A stretch of DNA of 64,000 nucleotides from an uncultured Planctomycetota bacterium (GCA_900317365.1 ONGM01000143.1:38891-102890), one strand, 5' to 3'. Shown: positions 48,321 through 58,379, counted from the stretch's first letter. Numbers and translations are program-made. The notes: generated by a model not told the origin, from the letters alone.

Positions 48321-48596
48321 TTACTGCATATTGGCAAATCGCTTAATGGCTTCAGTAAATCGAGCGATCGACTCCTCCGCATTGCCCTTTTCTACGCTTT
48401 CGAGAATACAGTGATTCATGTGTCCCTCAAGGATAATTTGCCCTACCTTATTTAACGCCGATTTTGCGGCGCTGATCTGCGTAAGAATATCCTCGCACGG
48501 AACGTCCCCGTCGATCATACGGTCAATCGCCTGAACCTGACCGATAATTTTCTTTAACCGCGCGTGCACTTTCGCGGAATCTATATGTTGTGTCAT
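48321..48596 (-). CDS. csoR: CsoR-family metal-sensing repressor (C-H-C ligand set)
   Basis: 91 aa. RLKKIIGQVQAIDRMI, PCEDILTQISAAKSAL and EGHMNHC give the Cys / His-x3-Cys pattern typical of Cu(I) CsoR. Confidence 0.8.
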   Translation of the reverse strand: MTQHIDSAKVHARLKKIIGQVQAIDRMIDGDVPCEDILTQISAAKSALNKVGQIILEGHMNHCILESVEKGNAEESIARFTEAIKRFANMQ

Positions 48597-48903
48597 AAGG
48601 TCGCCTTCTATTCCATTCAGTTTTGAATCGAATCACTTCTACGTTATTCTATCGATTCCTAAGTAAAGAACAAGATTTCTTTCTCGGTTTCGGGACAACG
48701 ATAAGGGCAAAATCCCGCCATTCCGCAATAATATTTCTCCGAAAGGATCTCAAATTGAGGAAAAAAGATTGACGCCGCCGAAGTCTGTTCTTAGAATATT
48801 CCTCGTTCGGACGAACCGACGAAATGCGGTCGAAACAATATTCCGCCGAGGGTGATTACAGTCCGTCAGCACATAACATTGTTCGAGAAGGAATCGCACT
48901 ATA

Positions 48904-50457
48904 ATGACTAGCTCGTCGACTAATTCGCGACGTCTACCAAGCGCGTTTAATCAATCGATGCGCGCGGCGCTCTTAACGGCGTTCTTCGTGACGGCGCTCG
49001 CTATCCTAACCTTTGGCGTTAAGACGAACGTTCTCGCTCAAACGGTAAGGTCGAATTCGAAGGCGCCTGCGACAGACTCCGGTCTCGCCGCCATAAAGCA
49101 GTTTGTTAATCGCGACACCCTTTTGGTCGCGCGATTAGACCTTAGTCGCGTCGACTATCAAAAGCTCAGCGTTACCTTTGAGTCTCTCTTCAGTCAGACG
49201 CTTGATCTTGCAAATCTACCGAAGGAATCGAAGGACGCTTGTTGCGCTGAATTCCACAAAACGGCGATCGCGCTTGCGGACGCGCTCAAAGAGTCGAACG
49301 GTTCCTTGCAAGAATCATACGGGACGACCGTGTGTTACTATGTTATGCAGACGCCTCGAGCCGACGGGGAGTGCTTTATTATTCCGATTAATGACGTTGA
49401 ACCGGCAAAAGTCGAGAAACTTAAGACGCTCGCACAGAGACTCAAGTTATCTTGCGCCGTCTATCAAAAGGAATATTTGATAGCGTCGCAAACTCCGTTA
49501 AAAGAGATCGGCTCTTTCTACAAATCTTTTACTCCAGCGACCAATAAACAACTTGAAGACTTTTTCAAGTCGCATTCAGACAAGGCGTTCGCCGTTCGTT
49601 TCGGAAGAATTAAGATTCGTCCTTTATTCCACGCTTCGCAACAAGACGACGGAGCCAAAACGGCGCGCGTGCGTCAGTACGATCCCTTTTCTAACTCGCC
49701 ACGTTCAGTAAAAGATATCGTTGAACTCATCGATTCGACGCTCGTCGACGGTTTCGCCTATTTTGACGCGTCAGACCTTCGATTGTACGCTAAACTCAAA
49801 TTCTCCGCTCCGATCAACGCTGGGTCTTGCCGAGACAAACTCTCCGACGCGTTCGACGAATTTAACGCGTACTATTTCAAGCTCCTTGAAGCTTCGTCTA
49901 AATCGGCAAAAATAAATAAGTACGCGCCCGGCGCAAGCCTTACCTATTTTTCAGACAAAGTTCTTGAGAAATACCATATGTATTCGTGGGTACGCGAACT
50001 GTATGCCGGCAATCTCAACCAGCTTTTACCAACGCAAGAAGGCGCCGATCTCGTACTTGACGTCTCGGCGCTCGGTGAGCTTAAGAAGATTGGTTGCAAT
50101 ACGCTGACTGTTTCGTATTTCGCTAACGATCAAGTTAAAATGGCGGCGCAACTCGTCGAAAGAGCGACAAAAATCGCTGAAGAAGACGAATCGGCAATTA
50201 ACCCGTTTGTTCCTGCGTTAAAAAGTTATGAGTCTAGCGACGAATCGACGGCGGTAGGCTCGAACCCGTTTGAAGAATTTCTTACCGACGCAGACTTCAA
50301 TGACCAAGACTCGAACGCCGAATCGGCGGATTCTAAGTCGAACCCGTTCGACGAATTTCTCGTTGAGGACGGTTCGGAAGACCAAGAGTCGGAAGACTCG
50401 CAACAAACTCAGGAAACTCAGTCGGACGACGAAGATGAAATTGAATTTGATCAGTAA
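48904..50457 (+). CDS. Secreted hypothetical protein with acidic C-terminal tail containing three NPF motifs
   Basis: 517 aa with a signal/TM segment LLTAFFVTALAILTFGV. The tail carries INPFVPAL, SNPFEEFL and SNPFDEFL and ends DDEDEIEFDQ. Confidence 0.6.
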   Translation: MTSSSTNSRRLPSAFNQSMRAALLTAFFVTALAILTFGVKTNVLAQTVRSNSKAPATDSGLAAIKQFVNRDTLLVARLDLSRVDYQKLSVTFESLFSQTLDLANLPKESKDACCAEFHKTAIALADALKESNGSLQESYGTTVCYYVMQTPRADGECFIIPINDVEPAKVEKLKTLAQRLKLSCAVYQKEYLIASQTPLKEIGSFYKSFTPATNKQLEDFFKSHSDKAFAVRFGRIKIRPLFHASQQDDGAKTARVRQYDPFSNSPRSVKDIVELIDSTLVDGFAYFDASDLRLYAKLKFSAPINAGSCRDKLSDAFDEFNAYYFKLLEASSKSAKINKYAPGASLTYFSDKVLEKYHMYSWVRELYAGNLNQLLPTQEGADLVLDVSALGELKKIGCNTLTVSYFANDQVKMAAQLVERATKIAEEDESAINPFVPALKSYESSDESTAVGSNPFEEFLTDADFNDQDSNAESADSKSNPFDEFLVEDGSEDQESEDSQQTQETQSDDEDEIEFDQ

Positions 50458-50522
50458 AGTCCGACTTCTGAAATTACGGTAGACTTGAACGCAAAGGCCT
50501 CGTATCGAAACGGCGCAGTCCT

Positions 50523-51641
50523 ATGAAAAACAAATTTTCTACTCTCCTGGTCACATTCGTTTGCGTCGTCTTAACCGTCGGGTTGACCTATGGGCAAGAC
50601 GCAAAAAAAGTTGAGAAGCGATCTATTTCAACGTCGGCAACGGATCGTATCGCGCCTTTTATTAGCAACGACGTATTCCTTGTCGTGCGTTTCGATTTCG
50701 ACGCGCTCGATTCGGAACAAATAATCAATACGGTCGACTCAATTTTTCTAGGTTATCTGAAAGAGCGTGGATTTGATTCAAAACGATCTCTTCAAACAAA
50801 CCGCGAATTTAAACGGGGTCTTGAAGAGCTTCGCTCCCAAATCGACGCGATTCTCGACTTGCGCCAAACGCTGTCGGTTCGTGAACTCTTCATAATCGTT
50901 CAAAATCAGACGGACAATTCGGCTAGGTTCTTTATTCCTATGAGCGCGTCGAAAAAATCGATCGTTCAATCGGCCCTTTTAGAAGATTTTCCCGCTCTGA
51001 AATTTGTCGATCTACCCGGCGGCATAGGTTTTGTTTCCGATCCCGACAAAGATAAAGCGATTTATCGCAAGTTTGAACCGCGCCCGAATCCTCGCTTGAA
51101 AAAGTTTTTTGAAGAGTCCGCCGGTTCGACTATTCAGATTTACTCCTCCTCTATCAATTTCAGCTCCTTATCCGGATCGTTTGGTTCCGAAATCAAAGAG
51201 AGCTTCGCGCAACTTCCTCCTGAAACGAGTAAAGCGTTCGCTTCTCTCGACTCTTACTTCCAAGAGTTGCGCGTCTCCGTAGATCTTAATAAACTCACGA
51301 TCAACGTCGCGATTGTTTTCACAACCGCTGAACGAGCTGAAGAATTCCGAAAAAGCCTCGATAAACTCTTTAACTTCCTTGTGGACGATTACTTCAAAAA
51401 TCATCCGGAACTTATGCGAGACTTCTTTCCGAATCTTACCAATGAAGAGATTGAGAAATACAACCTTCACAACTTAGCGCGCGAAATAACGCGCGCGGCG
51501 GTTCTTAAAATGGTTCCCGAAAGGGACGGCGCGACCTTATCGTTGCGATTTACTTCAGACTCAAAGGACGCGTTACGAAATAGTTGTCTTCTTCAAGTTC
51601 CTCTCGTTCCGGCATTGATAGATCAATTGTCAAGAATTTAA
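50523..51641 (+). CDS. Secreted hypothetical protein, distant paralog of the preceding gene
   Basis: Signal peptide present. RIAPFISNDVFLVVRFDFDALDSEQIINTVDSIF aligns with AIKQFVNRDTLLVARLDLSRVDYQKLSVTFESLF, FFIP with FIIP, and the C-terminal PLVPAL with PFVPAL. Confidence 0.6.
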   Translation: MKNKFSTLLVTFVCVVLTVGLTYGQDAKKVEKRSISTSATDRIAPFISNDVFLVVRFDFDALDSEQIINTVDSIFLGYLKERGFDSKRSLQTNREFKRGLEELRSQIDAILDLRQTLSVRELFIIVQNQTDNSARFFIPMSASKKSIVQSALLEDFPALKFVDLPGGIGFVSDPDKDKAIYRKFEPRPNPRLKKFFEESAGSTIQIYSSSINFSSLSGSFGSEIKESFAQLPPETSKAFASLDSYFQELRVSVDLNKLTINVAIVFTTAERAEEFRKSLDKLFNFLVDDYFKNHPELMRDFFPNLTNEEIEKYNLHNLAREITRAAVLKMVPERDGATLSLRFTSDSKDALRNSCLLQVPLVPALIDQLSRI

Positions 51642-51735
51642 CGTGTTTCGCAAAGACGCAAGCCTTGGAAAAGTAAGAACCGAACGACGGACAAATTCGA
51701 TTTGTCCGTCGTTCGCAGGTCTTAAAGAAATACTT

Positions 51736-53163
51736 ATGACGGAATTAACTAACAGCTTAACGGCGACGCATAAGCGTAAGATCGTCGCCGAAATCATTTC
51801 TATCGGCGACGAAATTTGCTCAGGCGCCATTTTAGACACAAATTCGCAGTTCATTAGCGCGTCGCTCTCAGAAATCGGCGCGCAACCGCTTTATCACACG
51901 ACTGTCGCCGATAATGAAGAGGCGATGCTCAACGCCTTCGCGCTCGCGTTTCGTCGCGCCGACGTCATCGTTTGTACCGGCGGTCTCGGACCTACGCAAG
52001 ACGATTTAACGAGAGTCGTCGCCGCAAAAACGCTTGGCGTTGAATTGCGACTTGATCCCGATTCGCTCGAACACACCAAAAGTCTTTTTCTCAAACGAGG
52101 ACGAGTTATGCCTGAATCAAATCTGATCCAGGCATATTTCCCTGAAGGTTCGCGCGTCATTTTCAATCCCAATGGAACTGCGCCGGGGTTCATTATTGAA
52201 GAATCGCGCGACATTTTAGCCCCTTTGTCGACCGAAACCGCTCAATTCAAGGCAGGTTCTGAAATCCGAGGAGACTTTATCGCGCTCTTCTTCCCAGGCG
52301 TTCCGGCGGAATTAAAGGAAATGTGGGTTGGAGATAATGGTCGCGAGGCAATTCGTCGGTTCATTTCTAAGGTTACTCATGGCGCGCCGACTTTTTATCG
52401 AACGAAAAAAATTCATTCTTTTGGCTTAGGCGAAAGCGCCGTCGAAGAGAGACTCCCCAACCTAATCGCCCGCGATCGGTTCCCTCTCGTTGGAATAACG
52501 GCGAAAGACAGCGTGATCACACTGAGAATTTTCGCCGAGGGAAAATCGGAACAAGAATGCGACGAGCAGATTGCCGATATTTCTAAGATCATTTATGACC
52601 GCGTCGGCGAGTACGTCTTTGGTGAAGACGACGAAACCTTTCCTCAGGTTTTTTCTCGGAATTTGCGCGCGCAAGCGATAAAGGTCGGCGTCTTTGAATG
52701 GGGTACTCAAGGGGCGTTCGCTAAAAGACTTGATTCGGAGGTATTAGGCTTTGGGCACGTCTTCGGAGACGGGGAGCGAGATTTATTTCATAAACTTTTC
52801 GGGGATTCCTCTCCATCGGCGTCAACTTCCGCTCAGCGCGCCGACGCCTCGACCTTCAGCGCCTCAAGCTTTGAAGAAACGACGTTGATTTCGCCGCTTT
52901 TAAAGCAAAAACTCGCGGAGTTTTCGCAAGACGAACGTCTCCTCTTCTGTCTTGCGATCGGACCGTATCCGCGTGAAGAGGAACTACGTGAAGCAGCTAA
53001 AAAAAATCAGCCGGCTCCTTCAGTCGACGTTGTGTTTCTGGACTTGCGAGACGCCCAAGCTCCGAAGCAACGCCGCGAGCGGTTTGTTTTTGGCGGTCAG
53101 CCTGCAATGATCGACGCGCTGTTTTGCAATCGCGCTATGGCGGAACTTTTGAATAACCAGTGA
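51736..53163 (+). CDS. cinA: CinA-like protein (MoCF-biosynthesis/CinA N-terminal domain; degenerate C-terminal domain)
   Basis: IVAEIISIGDEICSGAILDTNSQFIS...VIVCTGGLGPTQDDLT. The start is set at ATG 51736. Confidence 0.75.
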   Translation: MTELTNSLTATHKRKIVAEIISIGDEICSGAILDTNSQFISASLSEIGAQPLYHTTVADNEEAMLNAFALAFRRADVIVCTGGLGPTQDDLTRVVAAKTLGVELRLDPDSLEHTKSLFLKRGRVMPESNLIQAYFPEGSRVIFNPNGTAPGFIIEESRDILAPLSTETAQFKAGSEIRGDFIALFFPGVPAELKEMWVGDNGREAIRRFISKVTHGAPTFYRTKKIHSFGLGESAVEERLPNLIARDRFPLVGITAKDSVITLRIFAEGKSEQECDEQIADISKIIYDRVGEYVFGEDDETFPQVFSRNLRAQAIKVGVFEWGTQGAFAKRLDSEVLGFGHVFGDGERDLFHKLFGDSSPSASTSAQRADASTFSASSFEETTLISPLLKQKLAEFSQDERLLFCLAIGPYPREEELREAAKKNQPAPSVDVVFLDLRDAQAPKQRRERFVFGGQPAMIDALFCNRAMAELLNNQ

Positions 53164-53229
53164 GCGCTTCCAGACGCCGGTTGAAGATTTAAGTTCTAAA
53201 TGCGCGCTCAATAGGGTCTAAAACTTAAT

Positions 53230-53262
53230 AAGGGCGACGTCGAGTTAATTGACGTCGCCCTT
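53230..53262. terminator. Perfect 12-bp hairpin between convergent genes (bidirectional terminator candidate)
   Basis: AAGGGCGACGTC-9 nt-GACGTCGCCCTT. The flanks are A/T-rich but there is no long U-run. Confidence 0.5.
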
Positions 53263-53301
53263 ACTCTATGAGCTAAACTCTTTCAGGAACTCTTGGACGA
53301 A

Positions 53302-55122
53302 CTATTGGACGATTTCGATCTCCTTGGGCGCGTCGACCTTTGTCTTAATCGTGCCGTCCGCCTGTTTGTCGCAACGAATCTTAATTTGTCCGTACGGAGT
53401 TGGAACGGAACCTTCAATCCAATCCAGGTCGCCAAGGAACGGTTTGACAAGCGTCTTTTTGAAGCCTGGCTCGATAGGCGTTACGCCGAGAATATGCGCG
53501 CTGATCCACGCGGCGGGTCCGGACGCCCAACCGTGACAAAGAGAATGTCGCAAACCAATGTAGCAGTACGCGCCGCGATCACCATGAAGACTCTCAAGTC
53601 CCTCCGGAGTCGGTTCGTCAATTCGTCCTGCGTTCTCGAGCCATTTTAGATCGAAATCTTCCCAGAACGTCGTTGCGCCGCGATCAATCATAGCGCCCCA
53701 GTATTCGCGCGCAACGTCGAGCGCCACTTGGTCTTCCCCGCCTTTGGAAAGCGCTTCGAGCATATAGTAGCCGTAAAAAGTCGAGAAGTTCTCGGGACCG
53801 TTCTTCGCGACCGTCGCTACGTTCGACTCGCCTTCCTTCTCAATTCCAGCAAGTTCGAGGAGCGCGGCAGCTTGCTTATTGCCAACGTTGGACGGGGCGT
53901 AAGTTCGAACAAGCGCGGCGGTCTCCTTCGCGAGCTTTTCCATCTCCGAGTCGCCGACGACCTGAGCCATTTCCGCGACTCGATCAAATCCGAGCGCAAA
54001 CATAGCGTGAGTTCCAGCTTTCAGCGCTTCTGGCTTATCGTTCGTCGGCCAATCGAGGAACGGATTCGGGAAGCCAGCCTTCCCGTCTTTGCCGACGTAA
54101 GGCAAAAGTTGCTCAACGAGTCCGGTTACATACTCCCACTGTTCTTTAACGAGTTCCGGATCGCCGGTGTGACGATACAGATCGCCGATCGTAATTAGCC
54201 ACCACAGTGAATAGTTCGGCATACCGTTCATCCATTGCGGCAGTTCCCACGTTTCCCGCGCGTAATATCCGAGCGTGTCCCGCAACACTTTGGAGTCTCC
54301 GTATACGCGGAGCGCGGTCATCGTCTGAGGCGTGAAGTCGCCGTACCAAACCAAGCGGTCGCGTTTAGCCCCTTCAAAAACGTACTGCTGCATCGTGAGG
54401 AGCATCGTTCGTGCGGAAACGTCCCAAACTTTATTGAGTCGTTCGTCGGAGGATTTAAACTGTCCCAGTCGTGGAAGATCGCGATAGATGAAGATCGCAC
54501 GCGCAGAATCAAAGAGAATTTCCGCGTCGTCGTCAACTAGATCGATTCGAACGAAGCGGAACGCGGATTCCCCGCATTCAACAGCGCCGAGCCACGGAAC
54601 GGCGATAATCTGATCGCGCGTTGAATGTTCGTTCACCGCGCCTTTCTGCCCTACTTCGGAATTAGCTTCATCAACGGATTCACCAAAGCGCACACGCAAC
54701 TGAACCGTGCGTCCTACGCTCGATTTACCCGGCTTGAGATCGCGCGCTTCGACTCGGAAGCTACCGTGAATCTCGCATCCAAAGTCGAGCAAAACGTACC
54801 CGCCTTTACTTAGCGTGCAAGCGCGCGACTGATCGCTCATATGAGACGTCGAGGTCTGTCCCAAGACAGGCTTCAAAAGAAGTTCTGCATTCTTTACGCC
54901 GGTCTGAGAGGTCGCCACAATACGTTTAGGATATAGGTATTGTCGAACGCGCTGATCTTGCACGGCGTTTGGAGCCAAATCGTCGGCGAAGCCTTCGGGC
55001 AACTCTAATTTCGCCGCAGGATCAACCGATTGGGCGCGCGCGACGCGCGCCTGCCCCATCGTCGCAATGAGTGTCAGTACGGCAAGCGCTCCGAAAAGAG
55101 CGTAAGCGAATCTTGATTTCAT
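53302..55122 (-). CDS. GH78-like six-hairpin glycosidase (alpha-L-rhamnosidase-related), secreted
   Basis: Signal peptide from ATG 55122 (MKSRFAYALFGALAVLTLIA) after a GGAGAAAGAA RBS. GAKRDRLVWYGDF and SLCHGWASGPAAWISAHILGV resemble rhamnosidase catalytic-domain motifs. Confidence 0.55.
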   Translation of the reverse strand: MKSRFAYALFGALAVLTLIATMGQARVARAQSVDPAAKLELPEGFADDLAPNAVQDQRVRQYLYPKRIVATSQTGVKNAELLLKPVLGQTSTSHMSDQSRACTLSKGGYVLLDFGCEIHGSFRVEARDLKPGKSSVGRTVQLRVRFGESVDEANSEVGQKGAVNEHSTRDQIIAVPWLGAVECGESAFRFVRIDLVDDDAEILFDSARAIFIYRDLPRLGQFKSSDERLNKVWDVSARTMLLTMQQYVFEGAKRDRLVWYGDFTPQTMTALRVYGDSKVLRDTLGYYARETWELPQWMNGMPNYSLWWLITIGDLYRHTGDPELVKEQWEYVTGLVEQLLPYVGKDGKAGFPNPFLDWPTNDKPEALKAGTHAMFALGFDRVAEMAQVVGDSEMEKLAKETAALVRTYAPSNVGNKQAAALLELAGIEKEGESNVATVAKNGPENFSTFYGYYMLEALSKGGEDQVALDVAREYWGAMIDRGATTFWEDFDLKWLENAGRIDEPTPEGLESLHGDRGAYCYIGLRHSLCHGWASGPAAWISAHILGVTPIEPGFKKTLVKPFLGDLDWIEGSVPTPYGQIKIRCDKQADGTIKTKVDAPKEIEIVQ

Positions 55123-55315
55123 TTCTTTCTCCGTTTGAGATCTCATAAAGTCGCGCTCAATCGCCGCGACGCGTTCATTATACAACGATATTACGCCTGT
55201 GCAAGAAAATAATGAGGAGAACTATCGGCGGCAAAAGTCGCTTGTTGTTTTCGGAGCAAGAAAGTCCCAATATCTTTTTGACTAGCACGAAATACCGAGA
55301 AGCATAATATAATCG

Positions 55316-56121
55316 TTAAAAATCATATTGTCTTGATCGTTTATGGTATCCCACTTTAATTTTCCACTTTTTCAAATGATCACCATGCAAGTGTCGAACG
55401 GCATTGTTCCTTCTATAACTGAACTTTCCCAATTTGTCAATGTGATCTAACCTTGCGATTTTCCTCGGAGGAATGACTGGAATAATGTTGTGTTCTTCTG
55501 CCTTACGGTATACCTTTGCTTTGTCGTATCCACCGTCCCCGCAAAGTTTCCTTATCGGATTTCTGTATCTTTTCCTGACTTGATCGATCAGGCGAACGCA
55601 TTCTGTCGCGTCGTCGACTTTCTCGGAGGTTACGTAGACGCCGCAAACTTAGAAACTATCGCGGTCGATGATAATATGAACTTTCTTCCATTCGCGCCTC
55701 TTGGATTTGTCATGTGCGCAAACCTTCCATTCTCCCTCTCCGTAAACCTTCAATCGAATCAACAAGTAAATGTAACGGTTCGTGGTTCAGGAATGTTCGA
55801 ACCTGAATCGAAAGCGTTTTAGCTCGTTTACATATCAAAGTATAATCGGGCGCGCGTTTGTATGAGAGTTTGAGCAACTCAAAAAGCGACGCGGCAAATC
55901 CTGCGACACGTCTATGTGTAAGGTGAAAAAGTTCGCGTAGCGTTAAGAGCGTCTCGATCGCTCCGTCGCTATACTCTTGCGGACGACCGCGACGTCCCGG
56001 AGACTTTGGACTGCGCCATTCCGCCAGCGCTTCAGGCGTCAGCACAGTTGAATTTTCCCCTGGTTAACTTGAGCCTTATTATACTCGGATCAGTTGCGTT
56101 TTTTTCCTGTGTGGGTTCCAT
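55316..56121 (-). mobile_element. Decayed IS5-family transposase gene (at least 3 frameshifts, one in-frame stop, C-terminal truncation)
   Basis: My translation of the minus strand gives MEPTQEKNATD / SEYNKAQVNQGKIQL / LTPEALAEW..GRRGRPQEYSDGAIETLLTLRELFHL..PDYTLICKRAKTL..HLLVDS / VYGEGEWKVCAHDKSKRREWKKVHIIIDRDSF* / ..VDDATECVRLIDQ..GDGGYDKAKVY..IIPVIPPRK..WKIKVGYHKRS. The pieces sit in different frames but are collinear with IS5-family DDE transposases. Confidence 0.7.
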
Positions 56122-56394
56122 CGTGTTTCTCCTTTGTATCCGTTGGGGGATCGATGAACTTCAAGGTTCACCTCGCCGTCTTAATACGCTCCTTTCACAC
56201 AAAACACTAGCTTTTTCAGGAATTTTCAACAACGCCAAGCTAATCAAAATTCTCCAATATTCTTTCTTTAAGAAACCCTACTCCATGATATAATTTCAAA
56301 ACGCAGTCTAGTAGCGTAATGGACGCTGGTAACGCACGCTTTGTCGCAACGCGCGTCTGAAGTATACCACGAAGGTCAATTAGGAGACGACGAC

Positions 56395-57075
56395 ATGAAA
56401 AGAACGTATTCACTCGAAGAACTCGCCGTCGCGCTGAAACGCACGACGAAAGAGTTGCAGAAGCTCGCGGAAAAGGGAATTCTGACCGGAAGAAAAGTAC
56501 AAGGCAAATGGACCTTTGCCGCGCCTGACGTCGTCGATTGGCTTGAACACGAAATGACGAAAGGCGAAATGGAACGGGCTGAGAATCTTCCAGAAATCGC
56601 CAACGACGCTGAGTCGTCAAGGGATCAGCCCCTCGGCTCTTTTTTCAAGCCCGGTCTGATCGACGTCAATTTTTCCGCCAAGACGAAGGCTTCGGTCTTC
56701 GTTGAACTCACCAATATGGCGACGAACGCAGGATACCTTTGGGATCCCGACGCCATGGCCACCGAATTGCGGAAACGAGAGGAAATGGCGTCGACCGCGC
56801 TTGAATACGGCGTAGCAATTCTGCATCCGCGACGCCCTCGTCCTGAACTCATCGCCGAAGATTTTCTCGCGCTTGGAATAGCCGGTAGAGGCGTGCCGTT
56901 TGGAGACGCCGATCTTACGCGCTACTTCTTCTTACTCTGTTGCGGCGACGATTCGACTTATCTCAAGACTCTTTCCAAACTCGCAAAATTAGTTCGCACT
57001 CCTGAATTCCTCGACGAACTCCAGGAGTGCGATTCAGAAAAGACCGTATTAGAGCTTTTTGTTCGCTATGATTAG
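56395..57075 (+). CDS. HTH (excisionase/MerR-like) domain fused to PTS EIIA(Ntr)-type domain
   Basis: The start ATG 56395 follows a TAGGAG RBS. The N-terminus YSLEELAVALKRTTKELQKLAEKGILTGRKVQGKWTF is HTH-like. The C-terminus has KASVFVELTN..STALEYGVAILHPRRP, with the EIIA-2 active-site His context. Confidence 0.7.
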   Translation: MKRTYSLEELAVALKRTTKELQKLAEKGILTGRKVQGKWTFAAPDVVDWLEHEMTKGEMERAENLPEIANDAESSRDQPLGSFFKPGLIDVNFSAKTKASVFVELTNMATNAGYLWDPDAMATELRKREEMASTALEYGVAILHPRRPRPELIAEDFLALGIAGRGVPFGDADLTRYFFLLCCGDDSTYLKTLSKLAKLVRTPEFLDELQECDSEKTVLELFVRYD

Positions 57076-57100
57076 TTCAAACGTCCCTCACACGTCTTCG

Positions 57101-58336
57101 TTAGAGGAACAATGAGACCGTAACTTGCGCAAGCACGATTCGCAAAAACATAGTGAGCGGATAAACTGTCGCGTATCCAATGAGTGGACGACTATTCCCG
57201 GCGAGTTCTGCGGAATACGCAAGGGCAGGAGGATTCGTATAGCTTCCGGAAATCAGCCCAATTAAAGTAAAGTAGTCGATTTTCAGGAATCGGAACGAAA
57301 GTAACCCAATAATCAAGATCGGGACGATTGTAATTATGGATCCAAGCGCAGCCAGTTTTAAGCCGCCGTGCACAATGGTTTCATAGAAAGTTGATCCGGC
57401 GCCAAGTCCGACGGAAGCGAGAAATAGTCCGATTCCTATTTCGCGCATCGACAACAGAGAGTTCGGCGGCAACAGCGTGTTCGCATGGAACTTGTGATTC
57501 AACGCCCCAATTAAAATTGCAACGACAAGAGGACCTCCTGCCAATCCCAATTTCAACGGTTGAGCCATTCCCGGCGCCGGTATTGGGATACTTCCGAGTA
57601 CGACGCCGAGGAGCATTCCGAAAAAGGCGCCTCCTACTGTCAAGGAACTAACGCGCGGTTTGACTTCTGGCGTCGTACTCTCTTTTTTCTCTGATTCCTG
57701 AGCGGCAAAACGCTTTCTCTCTTTTTCAAGATCAACTTTGAAGAAAAAACGGAGAAAAATAAAAACGAGTATCGTGCCGATCACGCCCATCGGATATGCG
57801 GTGGCATACGCATTGGACAGCGCAACGTCATCAAATCCGGCGGACGCGTACACTGATTGCGCGGCTCCCAAACCCGGCGTGTTTGTAATTGCGCCTGACA
57901 TGACGCCAATCATTACAGGATAAGAAACTCCGGAAAGGTAGCCAAGCGCAAGCGTTAACGCAACGCCGGAAAGAACTATCGAAAGCGCTACGATATTCGC
58001 TTTAACGCCGCCTTTCTTAAATGAAGAAAAGAAATTGCCCCCAACCTGAAGTCCGATCGCGTAAACAAAGAGAATCAGACCGTAGTCCTTGACGAAATGC
58101 AAAATGCTCGGATCGACGAAATGTTTAATGCCGTTCGCGTCGGCAAATAGGTTTTGAGGATATTTAGTTCCAAAGTGACTAACAGCAATTCCAACGAGAA
58201 GAACGAACGTTGCTCCAAAAGAAATCCCGCAGATTTTAACGCGCCCAAGGCACAGACCCAACGAAATGACAAAAGCAATAACAAAAAGATTATGTCCGGC
58301 GCCGCTTCCAAGAAGCAAATCCATAAACCACTGCAT
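57101..58336 (-). CDS. AAE-family (YidE/YbjL/AspT-like) transporter lacking the central TrkA-C domains
   Basis: LGLCLGRVKICGISFGATFVLLVGIAVSHFG and the second-half repeat LLGVVLGSIPIPAPGMAQPLKLGLAGGPLVVAILIG resemble the duplicated Asp-Al_Ex domains. At 411 aa it is shorter than the ~550 aa typical of the family. Confidence 0.7.
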   Translation of the reverse strand: MQWFMDLLLGSGAGHNLFVIAFVISLGLCLGRVKICGISFGATFVLLVGIAVSHFGTKYPQNLFADANGIKHFVDPSILHFVKDYGLILFVYAIGLQVGGNFFSSFKKGGVKANIVALSIVLSGVALTLALGYLSGVSYPVMIGVMSGAITNTPGLGAAQSVYASAGFDDVALSNAYATAYPMGVIGTILVFIFLRFFFKVDLEKERKRFAAQESEKKESTTPEVKPRVSSLTVGGAFFGMLLGVVLGSIPIPAPGMAQPLKLGLAGGPLVVAILIGALNHKFHANTLLPPNSLLSMREIGIGLFLASVGLGAGSTFYETIVHGGLKLAALGSIITIVPILIIGLLSFRFLKIDYFTLIGLISGSYTNPPALAYSAELAGNSRPLIGYATVYPLTMFLRIVLAQVTVSLFL

Positions 58337-58379
58337 GTCGATATATCTCCGAATTGCCGAGTTAATTTCAAAACTTTTT

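Noticed and set aside
55123-56394. Search for terminal inverted repeats and target-site duplication of the IS5-like element
   Set aside because: I found only mirror-like (not inverted) similarity, CTTTTTGACTAGCAC versus CACTAGCTTTTTC. The element appears truncated, so its boundaries cannot be defined from this window.
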